Of a stretch of 64,000 nt of DNA, positions 9,808 to 18,745 are shown piece after piece. The translations under genes and the position numbers were made by a program. The stretch lies in NCBI GenBank assembly GCA_963826715.1, contig CAWGYA010000008.1, forward strand, positions 192,001-256,000, read 5' to 3'. Below the pieces are notes generated by a model. That model was not told the origin of the DNA. It saw only the letters and a program-made list of their open reading frames with translations, and did not search any database. Positions within the stretch are counted from its first letter, which is position 1. Each line of letters begins with the position of its first letter. Source of the stretch: Candidatus Bathyarchaeota archaeon (GTDB lineage Archaea > Thermoproteota > Bathyarchaeia > Bathyarchaeales > Bathycorpusculaceae).

Positions 9808-10898
9808 TACCTAGCTGCTCTGGTCCTCATAGACTTAATTTGTTCTGTAAACCTTGTTGCATAACCGAGATTCATTGTGGGGCATTCATCAATGCAATGG
9901 CCACAGCCGACGCATCGGATATCTTGAACGCTTTCACTATTGATTGCTTTGCCCTTGATATCAATTGACATTGGGCAAGCCTCGTTGCATTTGTTACATT
10001 GTATGCATTTCGTGTTGTTGGTGGTTATTTTCTGACCAGCAATTCTGGCAAATCCACTCAACACCGTTCCCAAGGGACAATAGTAGCAGTATCCTCTACC
10101 AATAAAAGCAATCCAGAAAAACAAAGACAGCATAAGCTCCCCAACAAGATATTTGTATGATTCAATTTTCGTTATGATATCGATATTAGGCGTAATAGTT
10201 ATTCCAACAAGGTATAATGCCCAAAATGCAATAAAGAATAATGCAATTCCGAGAAATACCCATTTAAGAATATTCATAAATCTGATGGTTCTGGGTTTAA
10301 TTCTTCTTCGTTTTCCAACCAATGGAATTGCTGGGTCAAAAACTTCAGCGGCAAATCCATTGAAAAGACAGATTGAGGAGCATTGAATTCTTCGTCCGTA
10401 AAGTAGCGTGCCTATCAATACTACAAGGCTGATAGCAATAAAGAAGACTAAAGCTGATAGGATTCCGCCACTTCCCGATGAGGTTATAGTGCTCTGAAAT
10501 AGCGAAGAGTTAGGGTCTAGTAATTGTAGTGGTGTTGTTGTCCAGGGAAGAGGCATAGCGAAAAAGTACAGGTCATAGTTGTTAACAAGCAATGGAGTAA
10601 CGACATGTACGGTTAAAGCCGCTATTATGAAGCCGATAAGATTTGTTTTCCTCATTATTGTCCTTTTTGAAGAACCAATGATTTTTATGGTCAAAAATGA
10701 GCCTATTATAATAAATGCTGTCTTTACCCAGTTTTCGTAAATAAGCCAAACCCATGCAATAATTGATGCAATATTTGGGGGAGCTACCCGTGCATATCCA
10801 TAGTTAATGCCCGCTATTAGAATAGCGAGTATAATGTAAGTTGCAAGAATTGTTTTCAATAATTTTAAGTAAATTGTGCTGTTTTTTTCCATCAACAA
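9804..10898 (-). CDS. Membrane 4Fe-4S binding protein (NapH/MauN-like polyferredoxin)
   Basis: Many TM helices, RGYCYYCPLG, two CxxCxxCxxxCP motifs at C-terminus. Confidence 0.85.
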   Translation of the reverse strand: MLMEKNSTIYLKLLKTILATYIILAILIAGINYGYARVAPPNIASIIAWVWLIYENWVKTAFIIIGSFLTIKIIGSSKRTIMRKTNLIGFIIAALTVHVVTPLLVNNYDLYFFAMPLPWTTTPLQLLDPNSSLFQSTITSSGSGGILSALVFFIAISLVVLIGTLLYGRRIQCSSICLFNGFAAEVFDPAIPLVGKRRRIKPRTIRFMNILKWVFLGIALFFIAFWALYLVGITITPNIDIITKIESYKYLVGELMLSLFFWIAFIGRGYCYYCPLGTVLSGFARIAGQKITTNNTKCIQCNKCNEACPMSIDIKGKAINSESVQDIRCVGCGHCIDECPTMNLGYATRFTEQIKSMRTRAARY

Positions 10899-11055
10899 GC
10901 GATTCCTAATTTCCTATGTGTAATGTCTAGTTATAAGCTTTTCCAGATTAGTTTCAAAACTGCATTATTTGCCTCTCCAATGTTATAATCGCACCTCAAG
11001 ATCCAGCTAAAAAGGAAAGACAAGACTGTTTACCACAAGAAATAATTGCTGATAA

Positions 11056-11340
11056 TACGATCATATTTTTAACACGGCGACAGGAAAAGGATACGGATTA
11101 GCTACCTGGGTGGACACTTTCTCTAACAGTCTATTAGGTACAGGGATCATAAAAAGCATAATTCAAACAAAGACAAGTGACCCGAACAATTATTTCGGTA
11201 CAGGTTCTGCAATCGGTCAGGGTAGTTCAGACAAATACCACAGCATCACTGTGATTGCTTCTTCTAGTTGGTATCCAACAGACACTCCATTGCCCACAAT
11301 AGTTCTAATCACTACAGGTGTATTCATAGTTCAAGAGTAA
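11056..11340 (+). pseudogene. Probable 5'-truncated gene remnant of unknown function
   Basis: Frame is open from stops at about 11050-11055 with no good start; followed by a T-rich terminator-like tract. Confidence 0.35.
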
Positions 11341-11502
11341 ACCAAAAATCAATATTCTTTTTTTTCTTATTTGACAAGCAAAAAGCCAAAATTTTTCTTG
11401 GGTATGGACTTTCAGACAGCGCGCCCATAATTATCGCAGTATTTTTTAACATAATTCTTAATTATGCCGTCTGCTAAATGGTTGGCTGAAGGTAATCATA
11501 AA

Positions 11503-12568
11503 ATGGTAAAGATGGATTTCGGTGGCGTTATAGAAGATGTCATCACTCGAAAAGAGTTTACAATTGCGCAAGCCCAAAAAATTCTAAAAGACGAAGTTGT
11601 CGTTTCGCTCGGCTACGGAATACAGGGTCGTGCTCAATCACTTAACATGAGAGATCAAGGAATAAACGTAATTATTGGTCAAGAAAACATGGGTCCACAC
11701 AAAGCCTACTATGACTTGGCAGTACAAGACGGCTGGGTTCCAGGCAAAAACCTGTTCCCGATGGAAGACGCCGCTGATATGGGAACCATCAAAATGTTCT
11801 TGTTCACTGACGCAGGACAGAAAGATGCATGGCCAAAAATTAAGAAGTCACTCAAAAAAGGAGACGCACTTTACTTCAGCCACGGTTTCAGCATCGTCTA
11901 CAAAGATCAAACAGGTGTCATTCCACCGACGGACGTAGACGTTATTCTGGTTGCGCCAAAAGGTAGTGGCACCAGTGTGCGCCGAAACTTCCTTGACGGA
12001 TCAGGTATAAACTGCAGCTTCGCTGTTTTCCAGAATGCAACAGGCAAAGCAGAAAACCGCGCAAAAGCACTCGGCATCGCTATCGGCGGTGGATACCTTT
12101 TCCCTACAACTTTTGAAAAAGAGGTGTATAGTGACTTAACAGGCGAGCGCGGCACCTTGATGGGCGCACTAGCGAGGAATCCTAGAAGCTCAGTATAAAA
12201 CCCTCCGTGAACGCGGTCACAGCCCAAGCGAAGCATTCAACGAATCCGTCGAAGAACTCACTCAAAGTCTCATTCGCCTAGTTGACGAAAACGGCATGGA
12301 CTGGATGTATTGCAACTGCAGCGAAACCGCTCGTATCGGAGCCCTCCGATGGAAAGAACGGTTCCGCAGCGCAACCCAGCCCGTCTTCGACAGCCTCTAT
12401 GACCTCGTTGCAGCAGGCGAAGAAACACGTATCGTACTGGAAAAAAGCAAAGAACCAGATTACCGCCAAAAACTCGCAGATGAGCTCAAAGACATGGGCA
12501 ATAGCGAAATGTGGCGTGCAGGAGAAACCGTCCGCTCGCTCCGCCCAGGCAGACAAAATAAAGAGTAA
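11503..12568 (+). pseudogene. ilvC: Ketol-acid reductoisomerase (fungal Ilv5/Bacteroidota type) with a +1 frameshift at about 12175 (real or sequence error)
   Basis: GYGIQG, DGWVPGKNLF, SDLTGERG; removing one base at 12174/12175 restores ...GALAGILEAQY...GHSPSEAFNE...GMDWMY. Confidence 0.92.
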
Positions 12569-12572
12569 ACAA

Positions 12573-12600
12573 CCCTTTTTCTTATTTTTTATTATTTTTA
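12573..12600 (+). terminator. Oligo-T terminator-like tract after ilvC
   Basis: CCCTTTTTCTTATTTTTTATTATTTTTA just after the stop codon. Confidence 0.5.
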
Positions 12601-12626
12601 TGTTAAGCAGATCTAAGTCTCGAGGT

Positions 12627-13373
12627 TTATCTGTAGCAAACTGGGCAACGGGGGTTTTTGAATAGAGGTACTGTAGTGAAGTCCATGTCATTAAAGTCGC
12701 AGACTAACATTTTACCTCTCAAACTTGAACCAATCCCAACCAAAAGCTTTATGGTTTCCATAGCTTGAAGACTGCCTATAATTCCAGCCGAAGCACCAAG
12801 TACACCAAAAGACTGCGGAGAGTCGGAGTCGGTTTTATGCAAAGTGCATTCAAGGCATCCCGTTTGGGGTGAATCGAATACTGAAAGGTTGCCTTCTAAA
12901 CCCATGACTGCGCCAAAAACATAAGGGATACATAGTTTTACACATGCCCTGTTGATTAAGTATCGAGTTTGGAAGTTATCCAAGCAATCAACAACAACAT
13001 CAACACCTGTTGTAAGGGCTAAGGCATTGTCGGAATCTACTTTTTTTTCCACGGCTTCAACCTGTACTAGCGGATTTTGTTTGTGCAACTTTTCGGCAGC
13101 AACCTCAGCTTTAAGGCGGTGGAGATCATATGGAGTGTAGAGGATTTGCCGGTGTAGATTATGGGTTTCTACCGTATCTTGATCGATTAATCGCAAGTAG
13201 CCTACGCCTGCCAAAGCCAGATACAGAGAACAAACCGATCCTAATCCCCCGACGCCTACAATGGCAACTCTGGATTTAGAAAGTCTTTCTTGCCCTAGAG
13301 AACCCAATTCTTTTATAATCAATTGGCGACTATAGAATAATTTAGTGAATTCCGCTCTGCTTGTCGCTTTCAT
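12627..13373 (-). CDS. ThiF/MoeB/UbaA family E1-like adenylyltransferase
   Basis: GVGGLGS, D.D.VE.HNLHRQ, CLEC and CPVC zinc ligands. Confidence 0.92.
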   Translation of the reverse strand: MKATSRAEFTKLFYSRQLIIKELGSLGQERLSKSRVAIVGVGGLGSVCSLYLALAGVGYLRLIDQDTVETHNLHRQILYTPYDLHRLKAEVAAEKLHKQNPLVQVEAVEKKVDSDNALALTTGVDVVVDCLDNFQTRYLINRACVKLCIPYVFGAVMGLEGNLSVFDSPQTGCLECTLHKTDSDSPQSFGVLGASAGIIGSLQAMETIKLLVGIGSSLRGKMLVCDFNDMDFTTVPLFKNPRCPVCYR

Positions 13374-13550
13374 GCTGATCAATTTTGCAGGCGTTGTATT
13401 TGGCTTTATTGGGCAACTTATCATCACAGATGTGCTTCATCTAATCTATAATTGGTTCGTCGTCAGTTCACTTTCACCCACCCCTCCCCTGCCCCGTAAT
13501 GTTGATTTAGCGGTGATTTAAATAGGAAAAACAAAGGTAACTGCTAATCC

Positions 13551-14309
13551 GTGAAGAACATGCAACAACAAGAATTCCTATTCAGAACCCAAAGGAAGCA
13601 AACGAACTTATCACTGCCACGGTTAACTTTTAATGTTCCAGATATAGATGGATTATTTCCAGGCTTTAAAGCTGGAGACTTCGCCGTTGTCTATGGTCCA
13701 CAAACGGTTACTTCCCTGACGTCTCAACTCTGTGTTCGTGCACAATTGTCAAAAGAGTTTGGTGGATTGGAAAGTAAAGTGGTATTCATCGATGCAGCAA
13801 ACAGCCCTTCGCTATCAAACATACCTCAAGCTATGCTTGTGAACTTCATTAAAAAACGCGCATACACTGCATACCGATTGACTTCATTAATAATGGAGCA
13901 GTTGGAAGAAGCGGTGGAGGCATCCGACGCGAAAATGGTCGTTGTATCCGACATTGCAGGTCCATTCCTCAGCGACAACGTAGATGATAATGAAGCAAAA
14001 GCTGCTTACAGCCAAATCATGGGTTACCTTGCAGACTTCGCGAAGAAGCACCGAATCATGGTGGTTGCAACTTATCTGAGCCATGAAGGCAACAGAAGAA
14101 ACAGCCTATTGCAGGAAATTAGCACTGCAAAGGCGGGAGTCGTGTTGCGGTTCACAGAGACACCCTACACAAGCGAAGTTGAGCTTGAGAAGCATCCATC
14201 CTACATGTTGGGCGTGGCGGAGTTTACTCCTAAAGCGAAAACCTTAGCGGATTTTTCATCAGCAATTCCAAGCAAAGTAACCGTCCCTTTAGCTTATAAA
14301 ATATTATAG
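13551..14309 (+). CDS. Inactivated RecA/RadA-fold protein
   Basis: IDGLFPGF..GDFAVVYG, VVFIDAAN, RAYTAY; Walker A GKT absent. Confidence 0.7.
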   Translation: MKNMQQQEFLFRTQRKQTNLSLPRLTFNVPDIDGLFPGFKAGDFAVVYGPQTVTSLTSQLCVRAQLSKEFGGLESKVVFIDAANSPSLSNIPQAMLVNFIKKRAYTAYRLTSLIMEQLEEAVEASDAKMVVVSDIAGPFLSDNVDDNEAKAAYSQIMGYLADFAKKHRIMVVATYLSHEGNRRNSLLQEISTAKAGVVLRFTETPYTSEVELEKHPSYMLGVAEFTPKAKTLADFSSAIPSKVTVPLAYKIL

Positions 14310-14581
14310 ATACCAAAGCCTTTTTTTTAGGCAGCATTCGTTTTTCGTAGACATGCCTTTTGTTTAAAAGTTACACCAGAAAAGCAGCCTATTTGCGCCC
14401 CATTTAGTTTTTATTCAGAAACAGGGTTGGCTTCTAGTATCCAACCTAAGCACACAGTCTAGGCGGGAGGTATAGAGCAAAAACCTAAGGGGCGCCCTTG
14501 TAAATAGAAAACCACTTGTTAGCATATTGAAACCTAAAACAAGAAGAGAGAGGAGTAAAAAAACTCTGCAGGAGTTGAACC

Positions 14582-14992
14582 TTATGAGAACACCGAGAAA
14601 GATGAATCTTCTTCTGGTTCCTCGTTTTTCTTGTTGAGTTCAGCAATTTTCTTGCTTATTTCCTCTGCTTCTTTGGTGTTGCCCAACGCTTTTTGGCTGT
14701 CCCGCGCGTTCTCCAAGGCGCTTAGGCCATAGCGTTCAAAGCCTTTAGCGAATGATATGTCGGCTGATTTGGTGAAGAGCTCCACGGCTTTCTCGTATTC
14801 TTTGAGGATAAAGCTACATTCGCCTGCTTTATAGCTCATCTCTGCTGCGCCGAAGTAATTTTGTCCCTTATAGTAGAGGTCAGCAACTTTAACGAAGAGG
14901 TCGCGTGCTTCAACGTATTTGCCGTTCTCCATCAACGCCATCGCGTCTTTGTGAAGTTTAATCGTGTCTACTCTTTCAGTCATAACCATCAA
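14582..14992 (-). CDS. TPR/SNAP-like helical repeat protein
   Basis: Repeated A..Y..AG..Y...A..LF..A helical pattern. Confidence 0.65.
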   Translation of the reverse strand: MMVMTERVDTIKLHKDAMALMENGKYVEARDLFVKVADLYYKGQNYFGAAEMSYKAGECSFILKEYEKAVELFTKSADISFAKGFERYGLSALENARDSQKALGNTKEAEEISKKIAELNKKNEEPEEDSSFSVFS

Positions 14993-15117
14993 CTGTAAAA
15001 TATTCTGCGGATACTCCCATTTAGAATTTTCCCCTCAAAAATGAATGGCGAGTGATGATTCTTTTATAATGGATAAACAAGAATAAGTAACCAGTGAACT
15101 ATAACTCAGTGAACTCT

Positions 15118-15657
15118 ATGAAAAGCAAAATCCCAATCTCCGGAACTGCATCGATACTGGCAGCGGGAGCCATATTTGCAGCGCTGGTCGCCGTCGCAAC
15201 CTATATCTTCATAATACCCATCCCCGCCACAACAGGCTACTTTAACTTAGGAGAAACCGTAATTTACATTGCCGCATTAACATTGGGTCCCTACGTGGGC
15301 GCTTTTGCAGGGGCTGGTGCAGCATTCGCAGATATTATCGTTCCAGGGGGCGCAGCCTTCGCACCAGGAACATTTGCAATCAAAGCCCTCGAAGGCTATG
15401 CAGTAGGCATGTTGAACCGAAAACTACAGAAAAACCAGAACATAACCCTAAACGCCGCAGTCTCGGTTGTATTAGGGGGATTAATTATGATTTTTGGTTA
15501 TTTCATGTATGAAGTGATAGTGCTTGGTTTCCCCGTTGCCGCGGTGTTGCTTGAGATGCCCTTCAACTTTGTGCAGATGATAGTCGGCTTGTTAGTTGCA
15601 GTACCGATTATGCACGCAGTTTACCGTATTTTCCCACAACTTAAAAGCTACAGTTAA
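15118..15657 (+). CDS. ECF transporter S component
   Basis: AALVAVAT...IPIPATTGYFNLGE, APGTF.IK.LEG; about 6 TM helices. Confidence 0.88.
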   Translation: MKSKIPISGTASILAAGAIFAALVAVATYIFIIPIPATTGYFNLGETVIYIAALTLGPYVGAFAGAGAAFADIIVPGGAAFAPGTFAIKALEGYAVGMLNRKLQKNQNITLNAAVSVVLGGLIMIFGYFMYEVIVLGFPVAAVLLEMPFNFVQMIVGLLVAVPIMHAVYRIFPQLKSYS

Positions 15658-15670
15658 CAGAGGACAAAGT

Positions 15671-16678
15671 ATGAAACTGCCACCAGGAAAAATTCCAATT
15701 GATCTACTAAAAAAGGTGGTTTTCAAAAACCTAGGCACCCCTCGAGATGAAGTTGTACTTGGACCAGCTGCAGGCGTAGATGGCGCAATACTGGATGTAG
15801 GAAACAAAAACGCCATCGTTTCAATGGACCCCATTACCGGTGCGATAGAACGAATCGGTTGGGAAGCCATCAACGTAAACGCCAATGACGTCGCCACATT
15901 CGGAGTGCAACCTGCTTTCTTCTTTAGCTGCATTATGCTCCCAGAGAACGCGGACAGCCAAATAGTGGAAAACATAAGCAGCCAGATGCATCATGCGGCA
16001 TCGGAATTAGGCATTGCCATTGTGGGTGGACATTGTGAGTGCACCCCGGGACTTACAAGCCCTATTGTGGTGGGTTGTGTTATGGGTTTAACTGAGAAAG
16101 GTAAGTACGTTACAGCTGCTGGGGCTAAATCAGGTGACAAAATCATATTAACCAAAAGCGCAGGCATTGAAGGAACCGCGATTCTGGCAACTGATCGCGA
16201 GCAGGAACTTAAAACCTTATTCAGCCAACCGATGCTTGACCTTGCAAAAGGCTTCTACAGTCAAATCAGCGTCGTCAAAGATGCCTTAACTGCATATCAT
16301 GCCGGGGGAGTTCATGCTATGCATGACCCAACCGAAGGTGGAATACTTAATGGAATCCATGAAATGGCGGATGCCGCAGGGTTGGGTGCAAGGGTATTTG
16401 TTGAGAAAATTATAGTTGAACCCGAAACCGCCAAGATTTGCCGCTACTACGGAATCGACCCGTTGCAGTTGATTAGTTCAGGTGCGCTTCTTATCTCAGT
16501 AGATCCAGATTCCGCAAACAATGTTGTTGAGAGCCTCTGTGGTGAACGTATCTACGCAGACATTATCGGCGAATTTACGCCAAACCTCAACAAGCGCTTA
16601 TTGATACATACAGATGATTCAGCGGAGATATTACCACGTCCTATCTCAGACCATCTTTGGCGGGCATTATCAAAGTAA
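15671..16678 (+). CDS. AIR synthase-related (PurM/HypE/ThiL fold) protein
   Basis: DPITGA, NANDVAT, IVGGHCE, AMHDPTEGG, LISSGALL; lacks the HypE C-terminal PRIC. Confidence 0.88.
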   Translation: MKLPPGKIPIDLLKKVVFKNLGTPRDEVVLGPAAGVDGAILDVGNKNAIVSMDPITGAIERIGWEAINVNANDVATFGVQPAFFFSCIMLPENADSQIVENISSQMHHAASELGIAIVGGHCECTPGLTSPIVVGCVMGLTEKGKYVTAAGAKSGDKIILTKSAGIEGTAILATDREQELKTLFSQPMLDLAKGFYSQISVVKDALTAYHAGGVHAMHDPTEGGILNGIHEMADAAGLGARVFVEKIIVEPETAKICRYYGIDPLQLISSGALLISVDPDSANNVVESLCGERIYADIIGEFTPNLNKRLLIHTDDSAEILPRPISDHLWRALSK

Positions 16679-16683
16679 AAATT

Positions 16684-17451
16684 CTATTTCTTAGATAAAC
16701 CATTTCTAAAGCCATTAAGCGGTAGCTGTAAGCCCCAATACAAGAAAAATACAGGGTAAAAAATCATGTATTCAAAAAGATGTGAATACACAAGACCACA
16801 CCGCAACTCAACTATTGCTTGAAGCAGACCATTTTGCAGACTCCAATTCTCCGGCGGTTTATAATGCAAACAGTAAACATCGCTACCTACCAAAACACTA
16901 TAACCATGATTTTCGATCCAACGTACCAAATATGCATCCTCGTAGGCGTGAAGTTCTTCTGGAATCCGAACACCCTCAACAGCTGACTTTAAAATCAGGG
17001 TGTCATGCATGCCACCTCGTAATTTAAAACATTGCCTTGCTACCAAACTCTGCAACTGCAAAATCCGCTTGTTTGTTACGTTAGGCAACATATCAACATT
17101 AACGCCCCACACACAACCTACGCCGTCAGCCAAATCAGCCTGTGCTTTTTTGAACCAGTCGCGGCACAGAATCACATCGCTATCAACAAACATAAACCAT
17201 TTCGTAGTTACTTTCTGAATACCGACGGAGCGCGCCTTAGCCCTTGAACCTCTAAGCTGGAAGAGTTTCACGTTACGATACTTTTTGTTAAAGCCCTCAA
17301 GGATCGCAAGAGTACGATCAGTTGAGTATCCATCAATGATAATGAGGTTTTTGATGGGCACATTTTGGTACACTGCGTTTAAGCATTTACTGAGCAGATG
17401 TTGGCTGTTTTTTGTCAAAACGACGACGTCGACTTGCATAGATAGCCTCAA
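16684..17451 (-). CDS. Glycosyltransferase family 2
   Basis: DGYSTDRT, FVDSD, YED motifs. Confidence 0.9.
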   Translation of the reverse strand: MRLSMQVDVVVLTKNSQHLLSKCLNAVYQNVPIKNLIIIDGYSTDRTLAILEGFNKKYRNVKLFQLRGSRAKARSVGIQKVTTKWFMFVDSDVILCRDWFKKAQADLADGVGCVWGVNVDMLPNVTNKRILQLQSLVARQCFKLRGGMHDTLILKSAVEGVRIPEELHAYEDAYLVRWIENHGYSVLVGSDVYCLHYKPPENWSLQNGLLQAIVELRCGLVYSHLFEYMIFYPVFFLYWGLQLPLNGFRNGLSKK

Positions 17452-17523
17452 AGTGGTGATACATTCTTAATGGTTAGCAATAACTTAAAAACTAGTAACC
17501 CAAAGCCAAATTATCATTCAGAG

Positions 17524-18267
17524 TTAGCGAGAGAACATTTGATAGATGGAATACGCCGCATAAAATCCATAAGCTAAAAGCAACCTACTGATTAAGCGAA
17601 AATTTCCAAACCGTAAAGACTCCGCGACCAAATCTAAACTACCCCTAAAACTCCAAACGGTTTGGGGGCGATAATGGATGCAGAACGGACTATAACAAGC
17701 CAACACCCTAAAACCTTTAGCAGTTATCCAATCTTTTATGTACGCATCTTCAAATACATGTAGCTGTGAAGGAATTTTCATATCCCTTATCAGGCTAGAG
17801 CGAATCAGGGTGTCATGCGTCCCGCCACGAACCTCAAATATTTTGCGGGTAATGGTAAGAAACAAGCGCAGGGTTTTTGGCTTAGTTATGGTAGACCAGA
17901 TCTCAATTCCCCACACTCCACCAACTTCTGGTTGAATATATTGTCTAGCTTTCTCATACCAACCCCGGCACAAGACCACATCGCTATCAACAAACATGAA
18001 CCACTCAGTTGTTACGTTTTCAATTCCTTTTTGGCGGGCTGTTGCACGAGTGCCCCTATCAAGAATAACTTGAAGGTTGCCATATTTTTGCTTAAAGCCC
18101 TCAAGGATCTTAAGAGTGCAATCGGTTGAGTAACCATCCACAACTATAAGTTTGGCAACGGGTACATTCTGGTAAATGGATTCTACGCAACGGCGAAGAA
18201 GGCGAGCGCTGTTTTTAGTTATTAACACAACATCCACTGAGTCCATTGCCACGGTAAGTTCACTCAA
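17524..18267 (-). CDS. Glycosyltransferase family 2 (paralog of the adjacent gene)
   Basis: DGYSTDCT, WFMFVDSDVVLC, RGGTHDTLI, FEDAY shared with neighbour. Confidence 0.9.
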   Translation of the reverse strand: MSELTVAMDSVDVVLITKNSARLLRRCVESIYQNVPVAKLIVVDGYSTDCTLKILEGFKQKYGNLQVILDRGTRATARQKGIENVTTEWFMFVDSDVVLCRGWYEKARQYIQPEVGGVWGIEIWSTITKPKTLRLFLTITRKIFEVRGGTHDTLIRSSLIRDMKIPSQLHVFEDAYIKDWITAKGFRVLACYSPFCIHYRPQTVWSFRGSLDLVAESLRFGNFRLISRLLLAYGFYAAYSIYQMFSR

Positions 18268-18745
18268 TCCAATAGTTATTCACAGGGTGGAAAGTGAAAC
18301 GGCTTAAAAAATAGTTGCTCCCAAAATGAAACATCAAATAAAAAAACAACTTCATATGCCACTATGCACCTATCGAATCTTCCTGCGTGTTCTGCACCCA
18401 AGCAGACCATAGAAGAGGTACTGTAATCGAAGTTGACAAGCAAGAGCCATACACATTGTCCAAAAGAAGGTAGCTGAGCATTTTTGTTGCCGTCCATAGT
18501 TTTGGAGAATCCACAGATTTGAGAATATTCTTGCGTTTAAACCTTAATTGAGATGATGCTCTTTTTGGGATCTTTACAATTAACATCAAATTAAAGAATT
18601 AACCTAACAACCAAGTGACTGTGAAAAAGTGCCAAAGGAGACATGTAGCGCTATTGATTCACTAAAAGCAAACCAACAACTGATAACGGTTTTATACTGC
18701 CAACCTGAATACACTTAACCATAAATTTAAGCGGCAAGTGTCAGT

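Noticed and set aside
12165-12200. Programmed ribosomal frameshift in ilvC
   Set aside because: No slippery heptamer or stimulatory structure is evident at the break
15092-15115. CAGTGAACT direct repeat and nearby GTGATGA (C-box-like) upstream of the ECF gene
   Set aside because: Only two short copies and no matching D box; no riboswitch consensus recognised
15671-16678. Calling this gene hypE or thiL
   Set aside because: No C-terminal PRIC, a true hypE exists at 37165, and ThiL-specific features were not recognisable
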